64,000 nucleotides of DNA from Rhodothermales bacterium (GCA_040904565.1 JBBDTI010000064.1:39770-103769), one strand, 5' to 3'. Positions 43,537 through 54,027 are shown, counted from the first letter of the stretch. Notes: generated by a model not told the origin, from the letters alone. Translations and numbers: made by a program.

Positions 43537-43575
43537 AGCCTCTCTCGCGGAACGCGGGAGAGGCTGTTTGCTTTT
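43537..43575 (+). terminator. Rho-independent terminator after ppdK
   Basis: AGCCTCTCTCGCG-GAA-CGCGGGAGAGGCT forms a 13-bp stem with one G-U pair, followed by GTTTGCTTTT. Confidence 0.8.
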
Positions 43576-43596
43576 CGGGGTACCGATTACGCGGCG

Positions 43597-43920
43597 CTAC
43601 CGCGCTGCGTCTCGGTCTCTCGCTACCAGGGGCGGAGCGGGATGGTCGAGCTCCACATCGTCGAATGCCGACGTGCGTCCCGGCAGGAGTTGTGAACGGT
43701 CTCGCTTTTCGAGCCGCCGTTCGAGCTGGTCAAACCGGCGGTCCACGACCTCCTCGACGGCATCGGCCACCAGGGCCTTCAGCTCGCTGGTCGTGATACT
43801 CGGTTCCGCTCCCGAGGCGGGCGGCGTGACCTGATTCCTGTCCCTGCGGTAGTCCAGCCAGAGCTTCAGCATGCCCAGGAGCGATCCGAAGATGATGGCG
43901 ACGATGAGAACTTCGTCCAT
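43597..43920 (-). CDS. small single-pass membrane protein (107 aa), paralog of 36729-37022
   Basis: The ATG at 43920 gives MDEVLIVAIIFGSLLGMLKLWL (transmembrane helix), then ITTSELKALVADAVEEVVDRRFDQLERRLEK. The upstream part of ORF 43597..44112 is not protein-like. Confidence 0.55.
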   Translation of the reverse strand: MDEVLIVAIIFGSLLGMLKLWLDYRRDRNQVTPPASGAEPSITTSELKALVADAVEEVVDRRFDQLERRLEKRDRSQLLPGRTSAFDDVELDHPAPPLVARDRDAAR

Positions 43921-44118
43921 GGCGAATAAGATGGGATATGAAAGGAAGTAAGGCGCGGATCGGCTCGGTGACCGACGTCGGAATGCTCGACCGCCGACAT
44001 ACAGCGCGATATACGGCGCGACTCGACGTGCTTTCCTCGTTACGTTACGGCGGAGCCACGGTTGCGTCAACCTGCGCTGCACGACATGTGAAACGTTCCG
44101 GCGCGGTGCCACCCACCT

Positions 44119-45333
44119 TCACGCCACGTCGTTACCCCGCGGCACGAACGCCTGAATGCCCGTCAGCTCGCGGCCCAGGATGAGCCCGTGGATATCGTAC
44201 GTCCCCTCGTACGTATTTACGCTCTCCAGATTCACCATGTGATGGATCACCCGGTATTCCCCCGTGATGCCGTTGGCGCCCAGCATGTCCCGCGCCATAC
44301 GCGCGATCTCGAGCGCCTTGCCGCAATTGTTGCGCTTGGCGAGCGATACCATGGACGGAACGAGCTTGCCTTCGTCCTTCAACCGACCCAGCCGCCACGC
44401 AAGCAGCTGCATCTGCGTGATTTCCGTCACCATGTGCGCCAGCTTCGTCTGGATCAGCTGCATGGCGCCGAGCGGATAGCCGAATTGCTCGCGGTCCAAC
44501 ACGTAGCCGCGGGCCCGCCGGTAGCAGTCTTCCGCCGCCCCCAGCACCCCGAAGGCGATGCCGAACCGGGCACTGTTGAGGCATTCGAACGGACCTCGGA
44601 GTCCCTCGATATCGGGAAAGGCGTTCGCGGCGGGCACGAATACATCCTCCATCACGATCTCACCCGTGGCCGCCGCGCGGAACGACATCTTGTTGCCGAT
44701 GACGGGTGTGGAGAACCCCTCCATGCCCCGCTCCAGAACGAATCCGCGTACGAACCCTTCGTCGCCTCTCGTCTCGCGGGCCTTCGCCCATACGACGGCC
44801 ACGTCGGCGATCGGCGAATTGGTGGCCCACCGTTTCCTGCCGTTGAGGATCCATCCGCCGTCCGTTCGCACCGCCGTCGCCGTCATCGATCCCGGATCCG
44901 AACCATGATCCGGCTCGGTGAGCCCGAAGCATCCGATCAGCTCGCCGCCGGCCAGACCGGGCAGGAACCGCTCGCGCAGTTCCTCGGTCCCGAAGGCATG
45001 GATCGGATACATGACCAGCGACGATTGCACGGACGCGAACGATCGGTAGGCGGAATCGACCCGCTCGAGCTCCCGGGCAATGAGTCCATATGCCATAGCG
45101 CTCAGCCCCGAACCCCCGTACTCCGTCGGGAGGGTCGGACCGAGGAAGCCCCGCTCTCCCATCTCTCGCGGAATGGCCTCATGAAATATCGCCTTCTGAT
45201 TGCCCTCGAGCGCGCGCGGCTCGAGTTTCGCCTGCGCGTACTCGCGGGCCGACTCCACGATCTGCCGCTCCTCCGCGCTCAGCATCGACTCGAACAGGTA
45301 GGCGTCGTCGGGATCCATGCGTGGCCTGGCCAT
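44119..45333 (-). CDS. acyl-CoA dehydrogenase, glutaryl-CoA dehydrogenase-like
   Basis: The ATG at 45333 ([24 protein letters not shown]) gives 404 aa, with [28 protein letters not shown] and YEGTYDIH. Confidence 0.85.
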   Translation of the reverse strand: MARPRMDPDDAYLFESMLSAEERQIVESAREYAQAKLEPRALEGNQKAIFHEAIPREMGERGFLGPTLPTEYGGSGLSAMAYGLIARELERVDSAYRSFASVQSSLVMYPIHAFGTEELRERFLPGLAGGELIGCFGLTEPDHGSDPGSMTATAVRTDGGWILNGRKRWATNSPIADVAVVWAKARETRGDEGFVRGFVLERGMEGFSTPVIGNKMSFRAAATGEIVMEDVFVPAANAFPDIEGLRGPFECLNSARFGIAFGVLGAAEDCYRRARGYVLDREQFGYPLGAMQLIQTKLAHMVTEITQMQLLAWRLGRLKDEGKLVPSMVSLAKRNNCGKALEIARMARDMLGANGITGEYRVIHHMVNLESVNTYEGTYDIHGLILGRELTGIQAFVPRGNDVA

Positions 45334-45529
45334 GGTCGTCAGAGGTAGGTTCGTACGTACGAGAATGGATCGGCTGCATCCGGGTCCCTTGCCGCAAACG
45401 CTGACCCTAATTTCCGCTATTTTGTCGCGCGGCCCGGCACGACCCATCCCCGGTATTAAACGAAGATTTGCGCAAACAATCCGTCCGACGTACGATGCGT
45501 CGTCATCCTTCCCCATTCCATAGTTCATC

Positions 45530-46021
45530 ATGAAGCTTCTTCGCGTACTTCTCCTCGTCGCCGTGGCCGCGGCATGCGTCCGGCCCGCGTCCGCCCAGCC
45601 CGCCAATTCGCGCGTCGGGCTCGGCTTCAATACGATGGCGAGCACGGCTGACGGACTCGGGGTCGGACTGAGAGGGCGCCTCTCGATACCGATCAATGCC
45701 GACATTTCGGCAGCGGCCGATTTCGGCATCACGGGCTTCGTCCTGGGTGGACGCCAAAATGCCGATTACATCCTCGACCCGCAGATTTCCGCCATCGTGA
45801 CGCTTCCCCCCAGCCGCAATCGGGTCGGGTACGTTCTGTTCGGACTCGGCGGCTACATTCCCGTTGGTGGAGGCGAAGGCGGGCCGACGCTGCACGTCGG
45901 CCTGGGCCGGGCGCACGCTCTCCAGGAATCCTCGTTCTACTACGAGATCGACCCGGCCCTGGTGATCGGGCGTGAGGGCGTGGACCTGGCCGTACCGCTG
46001 CGCTTCGGGATCATTCTGTAA
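45530..46021 (+). CDS. small outer-membrane beta-barrel-like protein, hypothetical
   Basis: Signal peptide [23 protein letters not shown], Gly-rich alternating strands, and a C-terminal ...PLRFGIIL. Confidence 0.6.
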   Translation: MKLLRVLLLVAVAAACVRPASAQPANSRVGLGFNTMASTADGLGVGLRGRLSIPINADISAAADFGITGFVLGGRQNADYILDPQISAIVTLPPSRNRVGYVLFGLGGYIPVGGGEGGPTLHVGLGRAHALQESSFYYEIDPALVIGREGVDLAVPLRFGIIL

Positions 46022-46108
46022 CGGGCGTGCGCCGGTGTGCGCGAAAACGGGGCTGCAACGGTGAACGCGAAAACAATCGCGTCGAGTCCGGCGTTTGGAG
46101 ATCCGCAC

Positions 46109-47257
46109 ATGGCCGGCCTGTATCTCCATATTCCCTTTTGCACGCAGCGCTGCGTCTACTGCGACTTCTATTTCACGACGACGCGGCGCTCGCACGGATC
46201 CTTCGTCAACGCCCTCGGCACGGAGCTGGAATTCTACGCTTCCCACTACGCCGATCGTGAACCCGTGGAGACGATCTACCTGGGCGGCGGGACGCCCTCC
46301 CTGCTCTCCCTCGAGGATCTGGCCCGTATCCTTCAGACCATCCACCAGCACTTCGATACGGACGGAGTCCGCGAGACGACCCTTGAAATGAATCCGGATG
46401 ATGCGACGCCGGAGTATCTGGACGGACTTCGGTCCATCGGGATCAACCGCCTCAGCATCGGCATTCAGTCGTTCTATCCGAGCGATCTCGAGTTCATGAA
46501 CCGGAGTCACACGCCCGAACAGGCGGAGGCGTCGCTGGAATACGTGGCGGCAGCGGGCTTCGATACGTTCTCGGCCGACCTCATCTTCGGTATCCCGGAC
46601 CAGCCCGAGGAATACTGGTACGCGAACGTCCAGAAGCTCGTCCGACTCGGCGTCCCACATATCTCGACGTACAGCCTCACCGTCGAGGAACGTACGCCGC
46701 TCTACAAAATGGTCGAGCGCGGACTCGTTCATCCTGCACCGGACGAGGAGCTCGAAGCGCGATATCGGTTCACGATGGAGTTCCTGCGGGAACACGGATA
46801 CGAGCACTACGAGGTGTCCAGCTTCGCAAAGCCGAATGCGCGTTCGCAGCACAACCAGATCTACTGGAATCACAGCAACTATCTCGGATTCGGACCTTCC
46901 GCCCATTCGTTCTGGTGGACGGGCCTGCCCGCCGAGCGGTGGTTCAACGAGGCCAACCTCCGGCGGTACGAGGCGCTCCTGCAGCAGCACAACGTACCCA
47001 TAGGCGGCAAGGAGGCGATGTCGCTGGACATGCTGGCGAATGAGTATATTCTGCTGCGGCTTCGGACGTCGGACGGACTCGATCTCGACTACCTGGAGAC
47101 GAAGTACGGCGTGGACCTGCTCTACGAGAAGGAGCCCGCTCTCGCCGATCTGGAAGACGAAGGCTATATAGATGCGATGGGAGACCGCCACGTGCGGCTC
47201 ACCGATTCGGGAATGCTTTTATGCGACGCGATTACGACACGACTTTTGCTGGACTGA
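46109..47257 (+). CDS. hemW: radical SAM family heme chaperone HemW (HemN-like, oxygen-independent coproporphyrinogen oxidase family)
   Basis: The ATG at 46109 gives MAGLYLHIPFCTQRCVYCDFYF (CxxxCxxC), with LGGGTPS and an HemN C-terminal domain. Confidence 0.9.
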   Translation: MAGLYLHIPFCTQRCVYCDFYFTTTRRSHGSFVNALGTELEFYASHYADREPVETIYLGGGTPSLLSLEDLARILQTIHQHFDTDGVRETTLEMNPDDATPEYLDGLRSIGINRLSIGIQSFYPSDLEFMNRSHTPEQAEASLEYVAAAGFDTFSADLIFGIPDQPEEYWYANVQKLVRLGVPHISTYSLTVEERTPLYKMVERGLVHPAPDEELEARYRFTMEFLREHGYEHYEVSSFAKPNARSQHNQIYWNHSNYLGFGPSAHSFWWTGLPAERWFNEANLRRYEALLQQHNVPIGGKEAMSLDMLANEYILLRLRTSDGLDLDYLETKYGVDLLYEKEPALADLEDEGYIDAMGDRHVRLTDSGMLLCDAITTRLLLD

Positions 47258-47760
47258 CGGCCAGGCGGACCGGGGCGGTGCTGGCCCTGGCCATGCTCCT
47301 GCTCGGCGGCTGCAGGTCGCGGGACGACGACCTGCCGACCATCCGGACGGACATCCCGTTTCGATCCGACGGTACCCTCACCTTCATCGGCCCGGCGGGC
47401 GACACGCTCGACGCGATTCAGATCGAGATCGCCGAGACCGATGAGGCGCGGACGCGTGGACTGATGGGGCGCCGCAGCCTGCCTCCGAAGAGCGGCATGT
47501 TCTTCATCATGGAGGAAACGGACACGTCCGGTTTCTGGATGCGCAACACGCCGCTGCCGCTCGACATCATGTTCGTCGCTCCCGACTCCCAGATCATCAA
47601 CATCGTCGAGCGAACGACTCCCTACTCGGAGGAGATCATCCGTCCGGCCGCCCCCAAGAAATACGTCGTCGAGGTCCGCGCCGGGTATGCGCAGCGGACG
47701 GACCTTCCCGGCGGCACGCGCATCACGTGGACCCGATCGACGACCACTACCGGATCATGA
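47221..47760 (+). CDS. DUF192 domain lipoprotein
   Basis: Lipobox LLLGGC, then IEIAETDEARTRGLMGRRSLPPKSGMFFIM...FWMRNTPLPLDIMFV. The start overlaps the last 37 nt of hemW. Confidence 0.75.
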   Translation: MRRDYDTTFAGLTARRTGAVLALAMLLLGGCRSRDDDLPTIRTDIPFRSDGTLTFIGPAGDTLDAIQIEIAETDEARTRGLMGRRSLPPKSGMFFIMEETDTSGFWMRNTPLPLDIMFVAPDSQIINIVERTTPYSEEIIRPAAPKKYVVEVRAGYAQRTDLPGGTRITWTRSTTTTGS

Positions 47761-48260
47761 AGCCTGCCTGGCCGCTGCTGCTCAACGTACTGCTTATCGG
47801 AGGTATCATCGGATATACGGTTGGATGCGGTGGCGAGGAGCCCTCCCCGCGCGATTCCGCTCCGGAGTCGACCATCTCCTTCCGTGACGACGGCGACCTG
47901 TCGTTCCTGCGCGGCGACGCTGAGGTGGTTACGATCGATATCGAGATCGCCGAAACCGATTCGGCGCGTCAGCGCGGCTTGATGCAGCGTACGTCACTGC
48001 CCGATCGAAGCGGGATGTTCTTCATCTTCGACCGGCAGGAACGGCAGAGCTTCTGGATGTCCAATACGCCGATCGCTCTGGATCTCCTCTTCGTGAACGA
48101 GGACTCCCAGATCGTCGACGTCGACAGATACGCCCGGCCGTTCAGCACGGACCCCATCCCGTCCGACGCGCCCGCGCGCTACGTCATCGAAGTCCCGGCC
48201 GGCTTCGCCGACACCTACGGCCTCGTCGAAGGCGAACGCGTGACGTGGACGCGGGAATAA
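47757..48260 (+). CDS. DUF192 domain lipoprotein (tandem paralog)
   Basis: The ATG at 47757 overlaps the previous stop in an ATGA. Lipobox YTVGC, then IEIAETDSARQRGLMQRTSLPDRSGMFFIF...FWMSNTPIALDLLFV. Confidence 0.75.
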   Translation: MKPAWPLLLNVLLIGGIIGYTVGCGGEEPSPRDSAPESTISFRDDGDLSFLRGDAEVVTIDIEIAETDSARQRGLMQRTSLPDRSGMFFIFDRQERQSFWMSNTPIALDLLFVNEDSQIVDVDRYARPFSTDPIPSDAPARYVIEVPAGFADTYGLVEGERVTWTRE

Positions 48261-48269
48261 GGACGGCCT

Positions 48270-48605
48270 CTAAAGGCCGAAGGACTCTCCGCATGCACAC
48301 GTCCTCGACGCCTGCGGATTCATGAAGTGAAACCCCTCCCCGTCGAGTCCATCCGAGAAGTCCAGCTCCGTTCCGGAGAGGTACAGCGCGCTCCGCTTGT
48401 CGAGCACGACGCGAATGTCGTCGACCTCAGCGATGCGATCGCTGTCTTGCTCGGTCGTATCCCAGCCCAGGTCGTACGTCAGCCCCGAACAACCGCCCGG
48501 CACGACGGCTACGCGAAGCATGCTGGTCGACAGGTCGACGCCCTCCTGACCGGCTATGGAGCGAATCTGCTGAAGAGCGCGGGCTGTGATGTGGATCGTT
48601 TCCAT
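48270..48605 (-). CDS. sufA: A-type Fe-S cluster carrier (IscA/SufA/ErpA family)
   Basis: METIHITARALQQIRSI...LRVAVVPGGCSGLTYDL...FMNPQASRTCACGESFGL carries the three conserved Cys. It is divergent from sufB. Confidence 0.85.
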   Translation of the reverse strand: METIHITARALQQIRSIAGQEGVDLSTSMLRVAVVPGGCSGLTYDLGWDTTEQDSDRIAEVDDIRVVLDKRSALYLSGTELDFSDGLDGEGFHFMNPQASRTCACGESFGL

Positions 48606-48741
48606 ACGTGCGTTAGAAATCGTTCCTGTGCGGCACCTCGGAATGGTGGTAATGCGGCGTTGCCCGTCAGGTTTCACAGCCGCCGTGTCAATCCTTCGTC
48701 AAGACCGGAACGAAGAGGGAGTGAATAGGGTTGTAATCGTC

Positions 48742-48768
48742 CGTTGACAGATTGATATCGTGTCAACG
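48742..48768. promoter_or_regulatory. perfect 8-bp inverted repeat in the sufA-sufB divergent spacer
   Basis: CGTTGACA (48742-48749), an 11-nt spacer, then TGTCAACG (48761-48768). This is a candidate operator; no regulator is assigned. Confidence 0.4.
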
Positions 48769-48819
48769 ATTGTTTACAATCAGGTTCGCTCAGAAACCGA
48801 GCGCAGGGTGCGATACGGT

Positions 48820-48850
48820 ACGGTGTACGGTACGCGGTACGGTACACCGT
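48820..48850. promoter_or_regulatory. GTAC-rich imperfect 31-nt palindrome in the suf control region
   Basis: ACGGTGTAC...GTACACCGT gives 9-bp perfect outer arms. Overall 26/31 positions are self-complementary, embedded in about 5 repeats of TACGGT. Confidence 0.4.
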
Positions 48851-48976
48851 CGACGGCCATACACTATACGCTGCACGGTGTACGCTACACGGCGTACGCC
48901 ACGCAATGTGCGTGTCAATTGCGTGACAATTGCGTGACAATGGAGCCCGGCGGCGGGCCGGCACGTGCCCGACGCA

Positions 48977-49006
48977 TCGCCTCATTAAACGTCGCCTCAT
49001 TAAACG
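48977..49006. repeat. perfect 15-nt tandem duplication 10 nt upstream of the sufB ATG
   Basis: TCGCCTCATTAAACG occurs at 48977-48991 and again at 48992-49006. The sufB start codon is at 49016. Confidence 0.9.
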
Positions 49007-49015
49007 ACTAAGAGT

Positions 49016-50479
49016 ATGCCTACCACGGAGACGCAATATCTGCAGGACGTCGCGGAGAGCGACTACAAATACGGCTGGGAGACGAAGGTAGAGGCCGACA
49101 CGATTCCCAAGGGCATCAGTGAGGATGTCGTCCGGATCATTTCGGCCAAGAAGGAGGAGCCCGAGTGGCTGCTCGACTGGCGCCTTCGCGCGTACCGGTA
49201 CTGGAAGACGCTCGCGGAGGACCCGGACCGGTATCCGCAGTGGGCGCATCTCGACTATGAGACGCCCGACTTCCAGGATATCACGTACTACTCCTCGCCG
49301 AGCAAGAAGCCGCGATACGACAGCCTCGACGAGGTGGATCCGGAGCTGCTCGAGACGTTCGAGCGCCTGGGCATCCCTCTCGGTGAACAAGCTAAGCTTG
49401 CCGGCGTCGCGGTAGACGCCGTGCTGGACAGTGTCTCGGTCCACACTACCTTCAAGAAAGAGCTCGCTGAAAAGGGCATTATTTTTTGCTCGTTCGGGGA
49501 GGCCGTTCAGGATCATCCCGAGCTCGTACGGAAGTACATGGGCTCGGTCGTGCCGTACACGGACAATTTCTACGCGGCGCTCAATGCGGCCGTGTTCAGC
49601 GACGGCTCCTTCTGCTACATCCCCAAGGGCGTCCGCTGCCCGATGGAGCTCTCGACGTATTTCCGCATCAATCAGGCGGGTACCGGGCAGTTCGAGCGCA
49701 CGCTCATCGTCGCGGAAGAGGGCAGCTACGTAAGTTATCTCGAGGGCTGCACGGCGCCGATGCGCGAAGAGCATCAGCTCCACGCGGCCGTCGTCGAGAT
49801 CGTCGCCGAGAAAGACGCCGAGGTCAAGTATTCGACGATTCAGAACTGGTATCCCGGCAGCGCCGACGGGAAAGGCGGCGTCTACAACTTCGTAACGAAG
49901 CGCGGCATCTGTAAGGGGGACCACGCCAAGATCTCGTGGACGCAGCTCGAGACGGGCTCGGCGATTACCTGGAAATATCCCAGCGTGATTCTGAAGGGCG
50001 ACTATTCGGTCGGCGAGTTCTATTCCGTGGCCTTCACGAAGGGCCATCAGCAGGCCGACACCGGCACGAAGATGACCCACATCGGCAAGAACACAAAGAG
50101 TACGATCATCTCCAAGGGCATCTCGGGCGGGTTCAGTAACAACTCGTACCGCGGCCTGGTGAAGATCAATAAAGGCGCGGAGAACGCGCGCAACTTCTCC
50201 CAGTGCGACTCCATGCTGCTGGGCGATCGATGCGGGGCCCATACGTTCCCGTACATCGAGATCAAGAACCCCACGGCACAGGTCGAGCACGAAGCCACGA
50301 CCTCGAAAGTGGGTGAAGACCAGCTCTTTTACTGCTTCCAGCGCGGAATCGGTGAAGAGCAGGCCATCAAGCTGATCGTCAACGGCTTCTGCAAGGACAT
50401 CCTCTCCAAACTCCCGATGGAGTTTGCCGTCGAGGCGCAGAAGCTACTGGAAATCGAACTGGAAGGGTCGGTCGGTTAG
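49016..50479 (+). CDS. sufB: Fe-S cluster assembly protein SufB
   Basis: 487 aa, with ...[19 protein letters not shown]..., [11 protein letters not shown] and [16 protein letters not shown]. Confidence 0.97.
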   Translation: MPTTETQYLQDVAESDYKYGWETKVEADTIPKGISEDVVRIISAKKEEPEWLLDWRLRAYRYWKTLAEDPDRYPQWAHLDYETPDFQDITYYSSPSKKPRYDSLDEVDPELLETFERLGIPLGEQAKLAGVAVDAVLDSVSVHTTFKKELAEKGIIFCSFGEAVQDHPELVRKYMGSVVPYTDNFYAALNAAVFSDGSFCYIPKGVRCPMELSTYFRINQAGTGQFERTLIVAEEGSYVSYLEGCTAPMREEHQLHAAVVEIVAEKDAEVKYSTIQNWYPGSADGKGGVYNFVTKRGICKGDHAKISWTQLETGSAITWKYPSVILKGDYSVGEFYSVAFTKGHQQADTGTKMTHIGKNTKSTIISKGISGGFSNNSYRGLVKINKGAENARNFSQCDSMLLGDRCGAHTFPYIEIKNPTAQVEHEATTSKVGEDQLFYCFQRGIGEEQAIKLIVNGFCKDILSKLPMEFAVEAQKLLEIELEGSVG

Positions 50480-50593
50480 TTGTTGGGTTGACGGTGGATG
50501 GTGTTCATATTGATGCGCTCCTCCGAAAACACCGGTCAAGGGTCATCGCTCACCCGCAAGACATTCGAATACCAACGCACAAAAGATAGAAAC

Positions 50594-51355
50594 ATGGCAC
50601 TACTTGAAGTTAAGGACCTGCACGCACGGATCGAGGATGAGGAGATCCTGAAGGGTGTGGATCTGTCGGTTAAATCGGGAGAGATTCACGCCATCATGGG
50701 CCCAAACGGTTCCGGGAAAAGTACGCTCGCTTCGGTGCTCGCCGGACGTGAAGAGTTCGAGGTGACCCGCGGCACCGTCTCCTATCAGGGGGAAGATTTG
50801 CTGGAGATGGAACCGGACCAACGGGCCCTCGCGGGCATATTTCTCGCGTTTCAGTATCCCGTCGAGCTGCCGGGCGTGAGCATGAACAACTTCCTGCGCC
50901 AGGCCGTCAACGAGCAGCGCGAGCATCGGGGTGAGGATCCCATTGGGGCCGCCGACTTTCTCAAGCTCATGCGCGAGAAGGCCGCGCTGGTCGAACTCGA
51001 CCCCCAGCTGATGAGCCGGTCGGTCAACGCAGGCTTCTCGGGCGGCGAGAAAAAGCGAAACGAAATCTTCCAGCTCGCCATGCTCGGTCCGACGCTGGCC
51101 ATCCTGGACGAGACGGACTCCGGACTGGACATCGACGCGCTCCGTACCGTCGCGGACGGGGTGAATCAGCTGCGCGGCAACGACCGCTCCTTCGTCATCA
51201 TCACGCACTATCAGCGTTTGCTGGATTACATCATCCCGGACGTGGTCCACGTGATGGTCGACGGGCGCATCGTTCGCTCGGGCGACAAGCAGCTCGCACA
51301 CGAGCTCGAAGACAAGGGGTACGATTGGATCCGCGAGGAGGTGGCCGTCGCGTAA
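50594..51355 (+). CDS. sufC: Fe-S cluster assembly ATPase SufC
   Basis: The ATG at 50594 gives MALLEVKDLHARIEDEEILKGV, with GPNGSGKSTL, FSGGEKKRNEI and ILDETDSGLDIDAL. Confidence 0.95.
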   Translation: MALLEVKDLHARIEDEEILKGVDLSVKSGEIHAIMGPNGSGKSTLASVLAGREEFEVTRGTVSYQGEDLLEMEPDQRALAGIFLAFQYPVELPGVSMNNFLRQAVNEQREHRGEDPIGAADFLKLMREKAALVELDPQLMSRSVNAGFSGGEKKRNEIFQLAMLGPTLAILDETDSGLDIDALRTVADGVNQLRGNDRSFVIITHYQRLLDYIIPDVVHVMVDGRIVRSGDKQLAHELEDKGYDWIREEVAVA

Positions 51356-51404
51356 CACCGGCCGCATCGGACGTCACAAGCTTGTTCTGAACTACTGGAC
51401 GGAA

Positions 51405-52733
51405 ATGTCGAATACCACGCAAGATAGAAATCTCGAAAAGCAGTTTGTAACGGCCTTCGAGTCGAACGTCGGACGTACGCTGAACGGCACGAATACGAAG
51501 CTCCGTACGCTGCGGACGAAGGCGATCGAGCAGTTCGAGAAGATGGGCTTTCCCGCACGAAAGGACGAAGCCTGGAAATACACCAACATCGGCGACGTGC
51601 TCACGCACGACTTCCAGGTGCGCGCCCTACCGCCGTTCATGGAGATCGACGCCGTAGATCTCGAACCGTTCGCCATTCCGGGCCTCGACGCCCATCTCGT
51701 CGTGCTCGTCAACGGCCGGTTCTCGCAGCGGCTCTCAAACCTCGGTGACGTTCCGGACGGCGTGATCATCGAGAGCCTCGAATCGGCCGGTGAGACGCAC
51801 GGCGACCTCCTGGAAACCTACTTCGGGCGCTATGCCCACTACGACGAGGAGGTCTTCACGGCGCTCAATACGGCCTTCACGGTAGATGGACTCTTTCTGT
51901 ACGTTCCGAAGGGGCATGCGCTTGAAAAGCCGGTTCACGTGATCAACGTGCAAAAGGTGGATGAGGACCTGTTCCTGCAGCCGCGCAATCTATTCGTCTT
52001 TGAGGAGAACGCGCAGGCAAAAATCGTCGAAACATCCGTTTTGCTCGGCGGCGGGCGGACCTTCACGAACGCGGTGTCGGAAGTCCACGTCGGCGAACGC
52101 GCCGTCGTCGATTACTACCTCCTCCAGGATCAGGGGGATGAAGCCTCACTCGTAACCAACACCAACGTGTACCAGAAAGGCTCGAGCGTCTTTACGGCGG
52201 CTACCGTAACGCTTTCCGGCGACGTCATCCGCAACAACATGAACGTATTGCCGGACGCGGCGCACTGCGAAACCCATCTGTACGGACTCTTTCTTTCCAG
52301 TGGCACGACGCACGTCGACAATCACACGCACGTCGACCATGCCAAGCCGGACTGCGAGAGCAACGAACTGTATAAGGGCGTGCTGGACGATCAGTCCACC
52401 GGCGTGTTCAACGGTAAGGTGTTCGTTCGACAGGACGCACAGCGCATCAATGCGTTTCAGGAGAACAAGAGCATTCTCCTGACCAAGGAGGCAACGATGA
52501 ACTCCAAGCCCGAGCTCGAGATCTACGCCGACGACGTGAAGTGCAGCCACGGTGCCACGACGGGACAGCTCGACCGCGAGGCGCTGTTCTATCTTCGCTC
52601 CCGGGGACTGCCCGCAAACGTGGCGCGCGGCATGCTGCTTCACGCCTTTGCCGGGGACGTCATCGAGAAGGTGCGCGTCGAACCGCTCCGCCGCCTGCTC
52701 GACAAGCGCGTGTCCAACCGATTCGGATGGTAA
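51405..52733 (+). CDS. sufD: Fe-S cluster assembly protein SufD
   Basis: 442 aa in the position between sufC and sufS, with a C-terminal SufBD beta-helix (SKPELEIYADDVKCSHGATTGQLD). Confidence 0.9.
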   Translation: MSNTTQDRNLEKQFVTAFESNVGRTLNGTNTKLRTLRTKAIEQFEKMGFPARKDEAWKYTNIGDVLTHDFQVRALPPFMEIDAVDLEPFAIPGLDAHLVVLVNGRFSQRLSNLGDVPDGVIIESLESAGETHGDLLETYFGRYAHYDEEVFTALNTAFTVDGLFLYVPKGHALEKPVHVINVQKVDEDLFLQPRNLFVFEENAQAKIVETSVLLGGGRTFTNAVSEVHVGERAVVDYYLLQDQGDEASLVTNTNVYQKGSSVFTAATVTLSGDVIRNNMNVLPDAAHCETHLYGLFLSSGTTHVDNHTHVDHAKPDCESNELYKGVLDDQSTGVFNGKVFVRQDAQRINAFQENKSILLTKEATMNSKPELEIYADDVKCSHGATTGQLDREALFYLRSRGLPANVARGMLLHAFAGDVIEKVRVEPLRRLLDKRVSNRFGW

Positions 52734-52755
52734 ACCATTGACGGACCAGGATACC

Positions 52756-54027
52756 ATGAGTACGACGAAGACGCGCAGCAAAAACGCCGATTCGGCTACG
52801 GCCGCCGTACGCTTCGACGCCGCCGGCATTCGGACCCGGTTTCCGATCCTGCAGCGCGACGTGTACGGGACACCGCTCGTATATCTGGACAATGCCGCTA
52901 CGTCGCAAAAGCCGCAGTCGGTCATCGATCGCATCACGCGGTATTACGCGGAAGAAAACAGCAACGTCCACCGCGGCGTGCATTATCTGAGCCAGCGGGC
53001 CACCGACGCCTACGAAGGGGCACGCACGAAAGCGGCGGCGTTCATCAACGCGCCCTCCGACCGTCAGATCGTCTACACGCGCGGCACGACCGAAGCCATC
53101 AATCTGGTGGCCTCGTCCTTCGGGCCCATGCGGGTCGAGGCCGGTGACGTGGTGCTGATCACGACGATGGAGCACCATTCCAACATCGTGCCCTGGCAGA
53201 TGCTTTGCGAGAAGCAGGGTGCCGAGCTGCGCGTCGTGCCGATTTCCGATACCGGTGAGATCGTCTACGAAGAGTTCGAACGGCTCCTGCCCCAGCGCGT
53301 AAAGCTGCTCGCCCTCAGCCATGTGTCGAACACGCTGGGGACGATCAATCCGATCAGGCGAATGATCCGTGCCGCTCACGATCTGGGCATTCCCGTCGTC
53401 GTCGACGGCGCGCAGGCTGTTCCACACATGCCGGTCGACGTGCAGGAACTGGACTGCGACTTCTACTGCTTTTCGTCGCACAAGATGTTCGGTCCGACCG
53501 GCATCGGAATCCTCTACGGCAAGTCGGAACACCTCGACGCGATGCCGCCTTACCAGGGCGGCGGCGACATGATCGAGACGGTATCCTTCGAGAGAACGAC
53601 CTACAGCGATCCGCCGCACCGATTCGAGGCGGGCACGCCGAATATCGCCGGGGCGGTCGGGCTCGGGGCGGCCATCGATTTCATGGAGGGCCTCGACCAG
53701 TCCGCCGTACGCCATCACGAAAACGCGCTGCTCGAGTATGCCACGGAGCGCATGTCGGAGATCGACGGCATCCGCTTCATCGGAACGGCCGACCATAAGG
53801 CAAGCGTGCTCTCCTTCCTGATCGGAGACGTGCACCCGTACGACGCCGGTACGATCCTCGACCGGATGGGCATCGCCGTGCGCACGGGTCACCACTGCAC
53901 GGAGCCCCTCATGCGGAGGTTCGGTATTCCCGGCACGGTGCGCGCCTCCATGGCCCTGTACAACACGCGGGAGGATGTCGATCGGCTGGTCGAAGGAGCG
54001 AAGAAGGTACGAGACATGTTCGGCTAG
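52756..54027 (+). CDS. sufS: cysteine desulfurase SufS (class II)
   Basis: The ATG at 52756. VYLDNAATSQKP, SSHKMFGPTGIGILYG (PLP lysine), RTGHHCTEPL (catalytic Cys). Confidence 0.95.
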   Translation: MSTTKTRSKNADSATAAVRFDAAGIRTRFPILQRDVYGTPLVYLDNAATSQKPQSVIDRITRYYAEENSNVHRGVHYLSQRATDAYEGARTKAAAFINAPSDRQIVYTRGTTEAINLVASSFGPMRVEAGDVVLITTMEHHSNIVPWQMLCEKQGAELRVVPISDTGEIVYEEFERLLPQRVKLLALSHVSNTLGTINPIRRMIRAAHDLGIPVVVDGAQAVPHMPVDVQELDCDFYCFSSHKMFGPTGIGILYGKSEHLDAMPPYQGGGDMIETVSFERTTYSDPPHRFEAGTPNIAGAVGLGAAIDFMEGLDQSAVRHHENALLEYATERMSEIDGIRFIGTADHKASVLSFLIGDVHPYDAGTILDRMGIAVRTGHHCTEPLMRRFGIPGTVRASMALYNTREDVDRLVEGAKKVRDMFG

